DNA of 63,561 bases from Candidatus Nomurabacteria bacterium (GTDB lineage Bacteria; Patescibacteriota; Minisyncoccia; Phycocordibacterales; UBA9973), in the NCBI GenBank assembly GCA_023267275.1, contig JAHFNO010000004.1, positions 1 to 63,561 of the forward strand, given 5' to 3'. A program made the position numbers and the translations under genes. Shown here piece after piece: positions 38,357 to 47,977 of this stretch. The stretch's first letter is position 1; each line of letters starts with the position of its first letter. The notes under the pieces are model-generated. The model was not told the origin of the DNA. It saw only the letters and a program-made list of their open reading frames with translations, and did not search any database.

Positions 38357-38695
38357 TTAATAAAACCGGACAATATTTTTGAAATCTCCTCAGTTTGTTC
38401 TGACAGCTGTATATATTGTTCTCTACTAATATACCGGAGATCAAGAGCAAGTGCTAGCATCGAACGAACCTCACCTGCTGACCCCCTTAGCTATAAATAA
38501 AAAGTTTCTCAATTCCTTGTTTGTCTGTCGCTCAAAGCCTTCAGCGATATTATTCATAACGGAAACAGCTGCTCTCTCAATTTGATTCTTAAAAGAAAAA
38601 TCTTTACACGAAGCAAAAGTTATATAAATAGCTAAGGAAAAAACTTTAGCTTTCTGCCAAGCAACAATGTTTTCAAATTTTTGTATGGATGGCAT
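38338..38695 (-). pseudogene. Four-helix-bundle protein (23S rRNA IVS / Avd-like family) with a +1 frameshift in a G5 run
   Basis: FENIVAWQKA..QIERAAVSVMNNIAEGFER..FLFIAKG; removing one C of 38482-38486 restores SAGEVRSML..EISKILSGFIKTLRTL-stop. Confidence 0.85.
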
Positions 38696-38698
38696 TTT

Positions 38699-38735
38699 AC
38701 TTTATAAACTTTATGAACTTTTCACTTTATAAACT
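38699..38735. repeat. Inverted 9-mer array between the rnc stop and the four-helix-bundle start
   Basis: actttataaactttatgaacttttcactttataaact. Confidence 0.85.
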
Positions 38736-39444
38736 AATCGAGCCAATTCTTCGCTTCAACTGCGGCGCGGGCTGCGTCTTGTTCGGCTTCTTGTTTTGAA
38801 TGTCCTTTGCCTTCGGCGATTTTTTCATTGCCGAAATAAATACCGATGGTGAAATTCTTGTCATGGTCGGGACCTGTTTCGCGAATCACTTTGTAGCTTG
38901 GTGTAATGCCGAGATGTTCTTGTGACTTTTCTTGTACGAGTGATTTTGAATCACGCCACAATTTTTTCTTTACAATTTCTGCTGCACGCTTGTTGAGGAA
39001 ACGATCGATGAATTTTTCTACCACAGCATAGCCTTGATCGAGATACATCGCACCGATGAGTGCTTCAATGGCGTTGGCAAGAATATAGAGACGCGCCTTG
39101 CCAGTATCTTTTGCCTCTCCGCGAGAAAGGAAAAGATACTCGTTCATATTGATTTCATTTGCAAATTCCGCCATCGTGTTTGCATTTACAAGTGCTGCAC
39201 GGTAGGCAGTGAGTTCCCCTTCTGGAGAATCTTTGTATGTGCGATATAAAAAGTCGGTTACGGCGAGTTCAAGCACGGCATCGCCCAAAAATTCCAAACG
39301 TTCATTGTGTTCAAGTCCAACACCAGGATTTTCATTCAAATAGGAACGGTGAATAAACGCTTGTGCAAGCAGGTCGCGATTTTTAAATACTACGCCAATA
39401 TTTTTTTCAAACGGAGCCCAGTCACGTACTAATTTTTCAGTCAT
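38734..39444 (-). CDS. rnc: Ribonuclease III
   Basis: HNERLEFLGDAVL, EALIGAMYLD, C-terminal dsRBD. Confidence 0.97.
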   Translation of the reverse strand: MTEKLVRDWAPFEKNIGVVFKNRDLLAQAFIHRSYLNENPGVGLEHNERLEFLGDAVLELAVTDFLYRTYKDSPEGELTAYRAALVNANTMAEFANEINMNEYLFLSRGEAKDTGKARLYILANAIEALIGAMYLDQGYAVVEKFIDRFLNKRAAEIVKKKLWRDSKSLVQEKSQEHLGITPSYKVIRETGPDHDKNFTIGIYFGNEKIAEGKGHSKQEAEQDAARAAVEAKNWLD

Positions 39445-39450
39445 AAAAAT

Positions 39451-39556
39451 AAGTTGAAAGTTTATAAAGTTCGTAAAGTTATAAAGTCATGCAAATTCTA
39501 TAAATCCAGTCGTAGCGAGTCCTGCTTTATATACTTTACACTTTTGACTTTTAACT
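39451..39556. repeat. Inverted pair of arrays between the nusB stop and the rnc start (empty site)
   Basis: aagttgaaagtttataaagttcgtaaagttataaagtc ... ctttatatactttacacttttgacttttaact. Confidence 0.85.
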
Positions 39557-40459
39557 CGCGGTGCCAGTAAGCTGGCCGATGGCCTGCGCCATGTATCCAG
39601 TCACATCGTCATACATTTTGAGTCCTGCCACCTCTGCAACAGTAAACCAACGTGCATCATCGAGACCACCGGAATTGTTTTCGAGCGTTACCGGAACATA
39701 CGGAGACTCTGCAAGGAAAAAGGTAACGTGCTTTCGGATTTTTCCTTTTTGTGGATGTGACGCGATGTATTCACTCTCGCCGACAATACCCACAATTTTG
39801 ATATCAAGATTTACTTCTTCTTTGATTTCGCGCACTGCTGCTTGCTCGGGTGTTTCGCCTTCTTCTACTCCACCTTTTGAAAGAGTCCAGTAACCGAAAA
39901 TATCATGTACAAGCGCAAAATATAATTCGTCACCATTGCGCGCATAAATGAGCGCACCGGCTTTTTGTTCAAGTGGAAGTGTCGTAATATCTACTTCCTC
40001 ATTTTTCTTTTGATGCTTGGACTTTTGGTCTTTGCCTGGCTCGCCTATTTCTTTATAGACAGCGCCAAGTACTCCGTTTACAAAACGAGAAGAACTATCT
40101 CCGCCGAATGTTTTTGCAAGTTCGATTGATTCATTGATGGCTACTTTTGGAGGTACTTCGTTGTGATCACCAAACAAAAGTTCACCGAGACCCATGCGCA
40201 AAATATTGCGGTCAACGGCGTTTATTTTTTCAATTGGCCACTCAGGTGCAGCCTTTTCAATAATCTGATCGATAATTTCACGCTTGTCGATGACATATCC
40301 AAGAATCTTCTTCATGAAAGCGAGGTCCTCGTTTCCAGGCGCAAATTCGCCCTCGTTGCGTTCAAGCATAGAAACAATCCCTTCGTTGGGATAATTTTTA
40401 AAATCCCACTCAAAGAGTGTTTGGAGAACTATAGACCTTGAAAGGTGGCGATTTGCCAT
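39551..40459 (-). CDS. nusB: NusB fused to a C-terminal NUDIX domain
   Basis: RHLSR..LFEWD, VDRNILR, VAINESIELAKTFG..FVNGVLG; then GGVEEGETPEQAAVREIKEE Nudix box. Confidence 0.92.
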   Translation of the reverse strand: MANRHLSRSIVLQTLFEWDFKNYPNEGIVSMLERNEGEFAPGNEDLAFMKKILGYVIDKREIIDQIIEKAAPEWPIEKINAVDRNILRMGLGELLFGDHNEVPPKVAINESIELAKTFGGDSSSRFVNGVLGAVYKEIGEPGKDQKSKHQKKNEEVDITTLPLEQKAGALIYARNGDELYFALVHDIFGYWTLSKGGVEEGETPEQAAVREIKEEVNLDIKIVGIVGESEYIASHPQKGKIRKHVTFFLAESPYVPVTLENNSGGLDDARWFTVAEVAGLKMYDDVTGYMAQAIGQLTGTAS

Positions 40460-40574
40460 AGATATGAATGAAATTGTTTGTTTAAAGAAACAGATCGAAT
40501 GTAGAGAAGACAATGGAGAAAAAAATTCTCAACCTCTCCTCTCTGCACTACAAAAACAGCACGATTATTCGATG

Positions 40575-40781
40575 TTACTTGCTCTTTTTTGTCTTTTTCT
40601 CAACACCCTTTACGATATCGAGAACTTTGCGTCCACGGTAGTGACCACAGGCCATACACACAGTGTGTGGAGGGCGGAGTGTTCCACAGTGTGAACACTT
40701 TGAAAATGCCGCGCTCTTGAGAGCGTGGTGACTACGGCGATTTGCCGTATGAGCATGTGTGTGACGCATTCGAATAACCAT
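40575..40781 (-). CDS. rpmF: 50S ribosomal protein L32
   Basis: [28 protein letters not shown]. Confidence 0.95.
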   Translation of the reverse strand: MVIRMRHTHAHTANRRSHHALKSAAFSKCSHCGTLRPPHTVCMACGHYRGRKVLDIVKGVEKKTKKSK

Positions 40782-40994
40782 ACAGGGCTGATAATAGCAT
40801 TTTTAAAAAAAAAATGCAACCACACTGCTTGAGTCGTACTCGACTTATGGAAGTAGCTGTTCCCTTGAGTACAAGAATCAGCCTTAAAATCCCAATATCT
40901 AAATTTATAAAGAAAATCTAAAAAAAACACTTACACTGTAACAAAAAGAATAATCTCTGTGCTTTATTAACCAAATCTTGTATTATCATTAAAT

Positions 40995-41831
40995 ATGACA
41001 ATGGCTATTGCTATTCCAATAACTTCCGCTCTGCTAGCCGCAATTGCGAGTATTTTAGCTCGCATGCTTCTTAAAGATATTCCTACTAAAAAAATTCTTT
41101 CTGTGAATTTTTTTATAATGGCAATAACACTATTGTTTCTATCACCGCTATTTTATAAATTCATATTTTCGTGGAAAAGCATTGGTCTTGTTTTTTTAAT
41201 AGCAATCATTGATACACTTGCAAATTATTTTTATTTTAAAACTTTTGAAAAAACGGAAGCGAGTATCGCTGTGCCAATCCTTTCTCTTGCTCCAATAATA
41301 ACATTTTTATTTAGTGCAATTTTTTTAGCAGAATTTCCACCAGTTATAAACATAATAAGTGCTATGTGTATAATGATACTTGTCATAATCTTTTCTACTG
41401 ATTTCAAAAACTTACCTAGATTTAATACAACGACACTGTATCCAGCATTACTATCTTCACTTCTTTTTGGAATTTCTGCAATTCCAAGTAAATACCTCCT
41501 TTCTACATTAAGAGCTACAAATGCCCCTACACTCTATATGATTCGGGCAATTCTTATCGGACTTTTTTCTTTACTTATTTTCAAAGATTCGTTTAAAGCT
41601 TTAGATTTAAAAATCTATACGTTCATCTTTGTGCGCGGATTATTTGTCATTGGTCAATGGGTTTTATTATATTATGCGTTGACCTTGGGAAGCACAGGGG
41701 TCGCTATAACCCTTGGTAACATAACGCCAATTTTTGTGTTCATTTTAAGTTTACTCTTCTTAAAAGAGAAACCAACACTTAAAAAAGTGTTGGTTTCAAT
41801 ACTAATTTTAGTAGCTTCTTTTTTTATCTAA
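40995..41831 (+). CDS. EamA/DMT-family transporter
   Basis: ~10 TM helices in two repeats, PIFVFILSLLFLKE. Confidence 0.85.
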   Translation: MTMAIAIPITSALLAAIASILARMLLKDIPTKKILSVNFFIMAITLLFLSPLFYKFIFSWKSIGLVFLIAIIDTLANYFYFKTFEKTEASIAVPILSLAPIITFLFSAIFLAEFPPVINIISAMCIMILVIIFSTDFKNLPRFNTTTLYPALLSSLLFGISAIPSKYLLSTLRATNAPTLYMIRAILIGLFSLLIFKDSFKALDLKIYTFIFVRGLFVIGQWVLLYYALTLGSTGVAITLGNITPIFVFILSLLFLKEKPTLKKVLVSILILVASFFI

Positions 41832-41835
41832 TCAA

Positions 41836-42936
41836 TTAAATTGCTTCATTTTCAATCGTTATTTCGCCGTGCATATCCTGCAACATTTTGTATTTTATTT
41901 CTTCGTAGCTAAAATTCTGAGCCAATAACCAAGCCAATTTGACTGTCATAGATTCAATGCTCATATCGAAAGCTGGAATAGCCAAATCATTATCTTTCAG
42001 AAATTTTCCATTTTCGTTCACTTGAAAACTAGCAATTCCGGCTGGAGCCTGACTTGTAACAACTATAGGGATTCTTTTTTCTTTAAGATATTCAATACCT
42101 TTACGCAAATGAGTACTTATGTCCCCTGCTCCAAACGATCTAAAAACAAAAGCTTTTATCCCATTATTTTCAACGAGTGATTGAAAAATATCTGGGGACA
42201 TTCCAGGAAACTCAGTAAGCGAAGCAATGCAAGATGCGTCAAACTCTTTTTTTACACTCAATACTCTAGATTGTATTGCTAAAGGTTTAATCTTAGAAAG
42301 GTACGAGTTGTGTTTATCAAGCGCTGTTTCGTCTATTCGCATAAATCTCCCAACCTGACCGAGTGATCCTTTTAAAAATGAAGAAAAAGGATCGTAATCG
42401 AAATCTGTACCTTTTTTAACTCTTACCCCCGATATTATTTTACTTCCAAAAACAGCAATAATGCCTTTTATAGGATGGTATCCCCAAACAGCCATACGAA
42501 GAGCATTAACTAGATTTGTAGTTGCATCACTTCCTAAATAACCCAAAGGTACCTGTGCTCCAGTTACAATTACTGGTTTGTTTATATTTTCCAAAGCAAA
42601 AGAAAGCGCTGCACAAGTATACCCCATCGTGTTTGTGCCATGAAGTAAAATAAATGCATCATAGTCATCATATGTTTCTTCTATTTTACTTATGATTGTT
42701 GTCCAATTACTTGGAAGCATATCGGAACTATCGACATTGAAAAGTTCCAAAATACTTGGCTCTATTTCGATTGCCCAATTTTTTTTCAAAATTTCTACAC
42801 ACGATTCAACCACCGAGCTAAAATTTGATGGGTCAGATTTAATATTTTCAGATACGTTACTAATAGCAACATTCCCGGCTATGGTTCCTCCGGTAAGTAT
42901 GATAAGTATTCTCTTTTTTGCGTAAGTTGTTGCCAT
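41836..42936 (-). CDS. L-asparaginase/glutaminase family protein (type I-like)
   Basis: TGGTIAG, VDSSDM, HGTNTMGY, KPVIVTGAQVP, SDATTNL, DMSIESMTVKL. Confidence 0.88.
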   Translation of the reverse strand: MATTYAKKRILIILTGGTIAGNVAISNVSENIKSDPSNFSSVVESCVEILKKNWAIEIEPSILELFNVDSSDMLPSNWTTIISKIEETYDDYDAFILLHGTNTMGYTCAALSFALENINKPVIVTGAQVPLGYLGSDATTNLVNALRMAVWGYHPIKGIIAVFGSKIISGVRVKKGTDFDYDPFSSFLKGSLGQVGRFMRIDETALDKHNSYLSKIKPLAIQSRVLSVKKEFDASCIASLTEFPGMSPDIFQSLVENNGIKAFVFRSFGAGDISTHLRKGIEYLKEKRIPIVVTSQAPAGIASFQVNENGKFLKDNDLAIPAFDMSIESMTVKLAWLLAQNFSYEEIKYKMLQDMHGEITIENEAI

Positions 42937-42999
42937 AAAAAGTTTTATCGCTAAGTAATTTGAATAATACAATTAAACACAACTAAAGGCAAACCCTGT

Positions 43000-43605
43000 T
43001 TATTCCTTGATAACTGATTTAATTTTCTTCAAAAAACTCCTCCGGTGGAGTGGCGTGAGGCCGTGTTTCTTGATCGCCTCGTAATGTTTTCGTGTGCCAT
43101 ACCCGACGTGCGTTTCAAATCCGTACTCTGGGAACTTTTTTGCTTGTTTTTGCATATGACGATCACGAATCACTTTTGCCACAATTGAAGCCAGAGCTAT
43201 CGCTGGAAATTTTTCATCACCTTTAATATATGTTTTTTGATTTTTGAACTCTACCGGGGCTTTCAATCCACCATCGAGGAGTACCTCGAGTTGAAAGTCG
43301 AAAGTCGAAAGTTTATAAAGTGAGCGCGCTAACGCGCGCTTGATTGCGGGAGCGATTCCAATCGTATCGATTGTCTTTGCCGAAATCATCGTGACACAAA
43401 AGTCACATTTTCCAGCTTTCTGCCAAATAAGTATTTGTGTATACCAAAGCTCACGTTGTTTTTGTGTGAGTTTTTTTGAATCGCGCAGCGGAATGGAAAA
43501 AGATTTAAGATTCAAGATATAAGAATCAAGATAAAACGCGCACACAGCCACCGGCCCCGCAAGTGGACCTCGACCAACTTCATCTATGCCAATAACTGAT
43601 TTCAT
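43000..43605 (-). CDS. rnhB: Ribonuclease HII with two in-frame heptamer arrays
   Basis: GIDEVGRGPLAGPV, DSKKL, KGDEK..IALASIVAKV, GYGT..HRRSF. Confidence 0.96.
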   Translation of the reverse strand: MKSVIGIDEVGRGPLAGPVAVCAFYLDSYILNLKSFSIPLRDSKKLTQKQRELWYTQILIWQKAGKCDFCVTMISAKTIDTIGIAPAIKRALARSLYKLSTFDFQLEVLLDGGLKAPVEFKNQKTYIKGDEKFPAIALASIVAKVIRDRHMQKQAKKFPEYGFETHVGYGTRKHYEAIKKHGLTPLHRRSFLKKIKSVIKE

Positions 43606-43808
43606 TTGCCCATCATAACAAAAGGCCTGCAAAATGTCGCAGGCCTAAAAAATGTATGGATAATTATGTTTTTTGTATTTACATAAACAAACAAAAAAAT
43701 CGAATATCCAAAATACAATAAGTGGGAATATACATAAACGTCTAAGCATAGTCGTGTGTTTGTATAAAAAGTACTCCTTACCTAAAAAATGTCAAATGAA
43801 AAACCACC

Positions 43809-44069
43809 CTATTCGGATGGCTCTATGATGAGTACTGATTTTACTAATTCGACTAAAGCGTCTTGTTCTTGTGCAATTTTTTCTTTTTTAGCAATTTTAT
43901 ATGCCAAACAAGGAGTCTTACATTCACACATACTACCCGAATCAAGAAACGAACACGGTGGAATTTTTATATTATTTTTTTTGGTATTTTTACTATTCCA
44001 GTCAGAGAGAACAGTGTGAATGTGTTTTCTCACTTGAATCTTTTCGGAACAACGAACATATTTTTCCAT
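43809..44069 (-). CDS. Small orphan hypothetical protein
   Basis: 86 aa, Cys cluster; TTGACA upstream directly after a terminator. Confidence 0.45.
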   Translation of the reverse strand: MEKYVRCSEKIQVRKHIHTVLSDWNSKNTKKNNIKIPPCSFLDSGSMCECKTPCLAYKIAKKEKIAQEQDALVELVKSVLIIEPSE

Positions 44070-44155
44070 AGGGGATCATTTTTATTTATTCTTACTGTAC
44101 TCCGTAGAATTCTAGTGTCAATACAAAAAAATACCTGCACAATCGTGCAGGTAAA

Positions 44156-44476
44156 TCATTTTACTAGAAGTTTGCACTTCTTCTTTTTCTTCTTTTTTAC
44201 TGTCTTCACATACTCACGGTAAATGATGGCTGGTTTTGGAAGATACAACTGCGCAATAAGGTCAAAATTAACCCGATCGTGGACTCTTAGCATGGTTTCT
44301 TCATCAACCCCAAATTCGTTTTTTTCCCTGTAAAATGAACTCTCCAGAGCTTTTTGATAATGCGGGTTATCTTTCAAAAAAGATTCAATCTCTTTGTCTA
44401 TATCATCAGATAAAGATTCAAATATATATCCGATGGCTTCTCTAGTAGAGAGTCCTACCCTTTGCGTTTGTGACAT
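44156..44476 (-). CDS. Small orphan hypothetical protein
   Basis: ATG at 44476 after TTGACA..TATTGT; Lys-rich C-terminus. Confidence 0.5.
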   Translation of the reverse strand: MSQTQRVGLSTREAIGYIFESLSDDIDKEIESFLKDNPHYQKALESSFYREKNEFGVDEETMLRVHDRVNFDLIAQLYLPKPAIIYREYVKTVKKKKKKKCKLLVK

Positions 44477-44537
44477 GATGCGTTTTTTAAAAACAATACC
44501 ACTATGATTTTTTTTGTCAATTACCACTAGATACTGA

Positions 44538-44612
44538 TATACCCGCACACTTACTTTTTTGATGTGTTTTGCACGAGGTACACTCTTTCAAAAAAGTAAG
44601 TGTGCGGGTATA
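44538..44612. repeat. 25-bp perfect inverted repeat with a 25-nt spacer, upstream of dnaE
   Basis: tatacccgcacacttacttttttga / tcaaaaaagtaagtgtgcgggtata. Confidence 0.9.
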
Positions 44613-44720
44613 CTACCTTCACCAATGGCATCAAAATTCGTCCACCCCAAAAGCAAAGTCTCGTATCGAATGCACACTCGACTTGCTACGGGGCAGGTCT
44701 CCATACTCAACATTTAATTT

Positions 44721-47700
44721 ATGTCCAGCAAATTTATACACCTACATACCCATAGTCATTATTCCCTGCTCGACGGTCTTACCAAATTGGAAGACATGGT
44801 AGACATTGCAAAAAAGAATGACCAAACTGCAATTGCACTCACCGACCACGGAAACATGTACGGTGCAATCGAATTCTACAAACTCGCAAAGAAAAAAGGC
44901 ATCAAGCCGATCATCGGTGTTGAAGCCTACATGACGGCAGGTTCACGCAAAGAAAAAAGTGCGGAGACCGGACAAAAGCGTTACTACCACCTCATTCTGC
45001 TCGCCAAAAATCTACAGGGATACAAAAATCTCATGCGTCTTGTAACGATTGCCAATCTCGAAGGCTATTATTACAAGCCGCGCATGGACAAAGAAATTTT
45101 GCGTGAATATCACGAAGGTATCATCGCGCTTTCTGGATGTATGGGTGGCGAACTTTCACAAACACTCCTTGCTAGCAATGACGAAAAAGCTGACGAGCTC
45201 ATTGCTGAGTATCAAGATATTTTTGGTAAAGAAAATTATTTTATTGAGATCCAAGCACACCCTACAATCGAGCGCGATGCCGAACTGCGCGGCAAGCTTG
45301 TTGCTATCGCAAAAAAACACAACATCCCCGTCGTTGCGACACAAGACTCTCACTATCCGTGCAAAGACGACCATGAAGCGCATAACACACTCCTGCAAGT
45401 AAACACACAAGGAGACAACAACGGCGGAAAATTCGAATTTTCAAAAGATGACTTTTCACTCATCGATGAAAAAACAGCGCTCGAATATTTTAGCGACGTT
45501 CCAGATTCTGTTGCAAATACATCTATCGTCGCAGATATGTGTGAGAATTATGAAATCGAACTTGGCGTTGCATACTTCCCTGACTTTCCTCTTCCTGAAG
45601 GTATAACCTCCGATGCAAAATTGCGCGAACTCGCATATGAAGGTTTCGCATTTCGCGAACTTCCACAAACAAAGCCTTATCTCGACCGCCTTGAATACGA
45701 ACTCGGCGTCATCAAACAAAAAGGTTACGCTGGATACTTTCTGGTAGTGGGAGATTTGTTGCGCTTCGCCCGTGAAGTGGGAATTCTTACAAATATTCGA
45801 GGATCGGTTGCGGGCTCACTCACCACATATCTCATTGGTATTACCAATGTGGATCCACTCACCTATAAACTTCCTTTCGAACGTTTCTTGAACCCTGAGC
45901 GTCCATCACTCCCCGATATCGATATGGACTATGCCGATAACCGTCGCGAAGAAATGATTGCGTATGCAAAACAAAAATACGGTGAAGACCGCGTAGCACA
46001 GATCGGAACATTTGGAACAATGATGGCAAAAGGTTCGGTACGTGATGTAGCGCGTGCGCTCGGTTATCCGTACACGATTGGTGACCGTATCTCGAGTATG
46101 ATTCCGCTCGGAAGTCAGGGTATGCCGATGACTATCAAACATGCGATGGAAATGGTTCCCGAACTTGCTGAGGCATACAAAAAAGAATCAGATACAAAAC
46201 GTATTATCGACCTCGCAAAAAAAATGGAAGGCTGTGTTCGTCACGTTTCCGTGCATGCTGCGGGAGTGGTGATCGCACCAAAACCATTGTATGAATTTGC
46301 ACCGATTCAATATGATCCAAAAGGCGGAAACATCATCACGCAATACGACATGCACTACATCGAGGATGTGGGTCTACCGAAATTCGACTTCCTTGGAATT
46401 CGTAACCTCGCGATTCTTGCCGACGCTGTGCGTCTCGTAAAAATGCTGCGCAACGAGGATGTAAACCTCGACAAAGTTCCGCTTGAAGACAAGCTCACAT
46501 TTGAAATGCTTGCTCGCGGAGAGACGATGGGGCTCTTCCAATTGAACGGCTCTGGCATGACGGCGTATCTCAAACAATTGAAGCCCACAACAATCCACGA
46601 TATCAACGCAATGGTGGCACTCTATCGTCCAGGACCGATGGAAATGATTCCAGAATATATTAAACGTAAAGAAAATCCTGCCCTCGTTCGGTATCTTGAT
46701 CCGCGCATGAAAGATATTCTTGATCAATCATACGGAGTGATCACCTACCAAGATGACGTGATGATGATCGCGATTAAACTCGCAGGTTATTCATGGCTCG
46801 AGGCCGACAAACTGCGAAAGGCTATGGGTAAAAAGATTCCTGCCGAAATGGAAGCGCAAAAAGGAAAACTGCTTACTGGTTTCGTTGAACACGGACTCAC
46901 CCAACAAAAAGCACAAGAACTTTGGGAGCTCATCGAGCCATTTGCCGCGTACGGATTCAACAAGGCGCATGCGGCGAGTTATGGTCGCGTGGCGTATCAA
47001 ACCGCATACATGAAGGCAAACTTCCCTGTCGAATATATGTGTGCCATCCTCACCGCTGAATCTGGTGACGTAGAAAAGGTGGCGGAAATAATCGGCGAGG
47101 CAGTGAAAATGGGAATCACGGTGCTTCCTCCAGAAATCAATGCAAGTTTCGCCGACTTTACCGTAGTCAACAATTCCAATGTACCCGGCGAAGGAATTAT
47201 TCGCTTTGGATTGCTCACTATCAAAAACTTTGGGTCAGATATTGCCGATGCAATTATTGCCGAACGCAAATCGCGTGGACCATTTAAATCTATCACTGAA
47301 TTTTTGGAGCGCATCACTCACAAAAACCTCAACAAAAAATCACTTGAAGCACTCGTAAAATCTGGAGCAACGGACAATTTCGGCGAACGCGGAAAACTGC
47401 TCGCCAATATGGAAACAATGCTTGCTTACAACAAAGAGCGTCAAAATACCGGCTCGCAAGTGTCGCTCTTTGGAGATATGCCGGAACAAGTACTCTCGCT
47501 CACACTTATGGACGCTCCGCCTGCAGAACAAATCGATAAATTGAAATGGGAAAAAGAATTGCTTGGATTGTATGTTTCGGGTCATCCACTCGAACGCATC
47601 AAGGATCGCATTGAAAAAAGTGGTATGACAATCAAAAAAATCCGCGAGGAGTTGAAGGCTGGATTCCCTGCGACGTTTGCTTGTATGGTGGAAGAAGTAA

Positions 47701-47906
47701 AAGTCATTATCACAAAAACAAACGAGCGAATGGCGTTTGTAAAAGTCGGCGATCTCACTGGCTCGATTGAAGGAGTCGTCTTTACAAAATCATTTGCCGA
47801 ACTGCAAAATATTTTGCTTGTTGATACGATTGTGGCGATTCAAGCGCGAGTGTCTGAACGCAACGGCGAAAAAAGTCTTATTATTGAAAAAGCCAAAGCG
47901 GTATAA
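44721..47906 (+). CDS. dnaE: DNA polymerase III alpha subunit
   Basis: PHP HLHTHSHYSLLDG, RGSVAGS, PDIDMD, KFDFLG, YGFNKAHA, C-terminal OB fold. Confidence 0.98.
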   Translation: MSSKFIHLHTHSHYSLLDGLTKLEDMVDIAKKNDQTAIALTDHGNMYGAIEFYKLAKKKGIKPIIGVEAYMTAGSRKEKSAETGQKRYYHLILLAKNLQGYKNLMRLVTIANLEGYYYKPRMDKEILREYHEGIIALSGCMGGELSQTLLASNDEKADELIAEYQDIFGKENYFIEIQAHPTIERDAELRGKLVAIAKKHNIPVVATQDSHYPCKDDHEAHNTLLQVNTQGDNNGGKFEFSKDDFSLIDEKTALEYFSDVPDSVANTSIVADMCENYEIELGVAYFPDFPLPEGITSDAKLRELAYEGFAFRELPQTKPYLDRLEYELGVIKQKGYAGYFLVVGDLLRFAREVGILTNIRGSVAGSLTTYLIGITNVDPLTYKLPFERFLNPERPSLPDIDMDYADNRREEMIAYAKQKYGEDRVAQIGTFGTMMAKGSVRDVARALGYPYTIGDRISSMIPLGSQGMPMTIKHAMEMVPELAEAYKKESDTKRIIDLAKKMEGCVRHVSVHAAGVVIAPKPLYEFAPIQYDPKGGNIITQYDMHYIEDVGLPKFDFLGIRNLAILADAVRLVKMLRNEDVNLDKVPLEDKLTFEMLARGETMGLFQLNGSGMTAYLKQLKPTTIHDINAMVALYRPGPMEMIPEYIKRKENPALVRYLDPRMKDILDQSYGVITYQDDVMMIAIKLAGYSWLEADKLRKAMGKKIPAEMEAQKGKLLTGFVEHGLTQQKAQELWELIEPFAAYGFNKAHAASYGRVAYQTAYMKANFPVEYMCAILTAESGDVEKVAEIIGEAVKMGITVLPPEINASFADFTVVNNSNVPGEGIIRFGLLTIKNFGSDIADAIIAERKSRGPFKSITEFLERITHKNLNKKSLEALVKSGATDNFGERGKLLANMETMLAYNKERQNTGSQVSLFGDMPEQVLSLTLMDAPPAEQIDKLKWEKELLGLYVSGHPLERIKDRIEKSGMTIKKIREELKAGFPATFACMVEEVKVIITKTNERMAFVKVGDLTGSIEGVVFTKSFAELQNILLVDTIVAIQARVSERNGEKSLIIEKAKAV

Positions 47907-47914
47907 TATTGTAT

Positions 47915-47956
47915 TCCTCCCTTCCTTACTGAGGAGGGGATTGAGGGGAGGTGATT
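47915..47956 (-). repeat. CCCCTCC..GGAGGGG-family element between dnaE and thrS
   Basis: Reverse complement aatcacctcccctcaatcccctcctcagtaaggaagggagga. Confidence 0.75.
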
Positions 47957-47977
47957 ATCATGCTAGGATTTGCATAT

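Noticed and set aside
38338..38695. Diversity-generating retroelement (Avd-like gene)
   Set aside because: No reverse transcriptase and no TR/VR pair differing at adenines in the window; the 63149/63416 repeats are identical.
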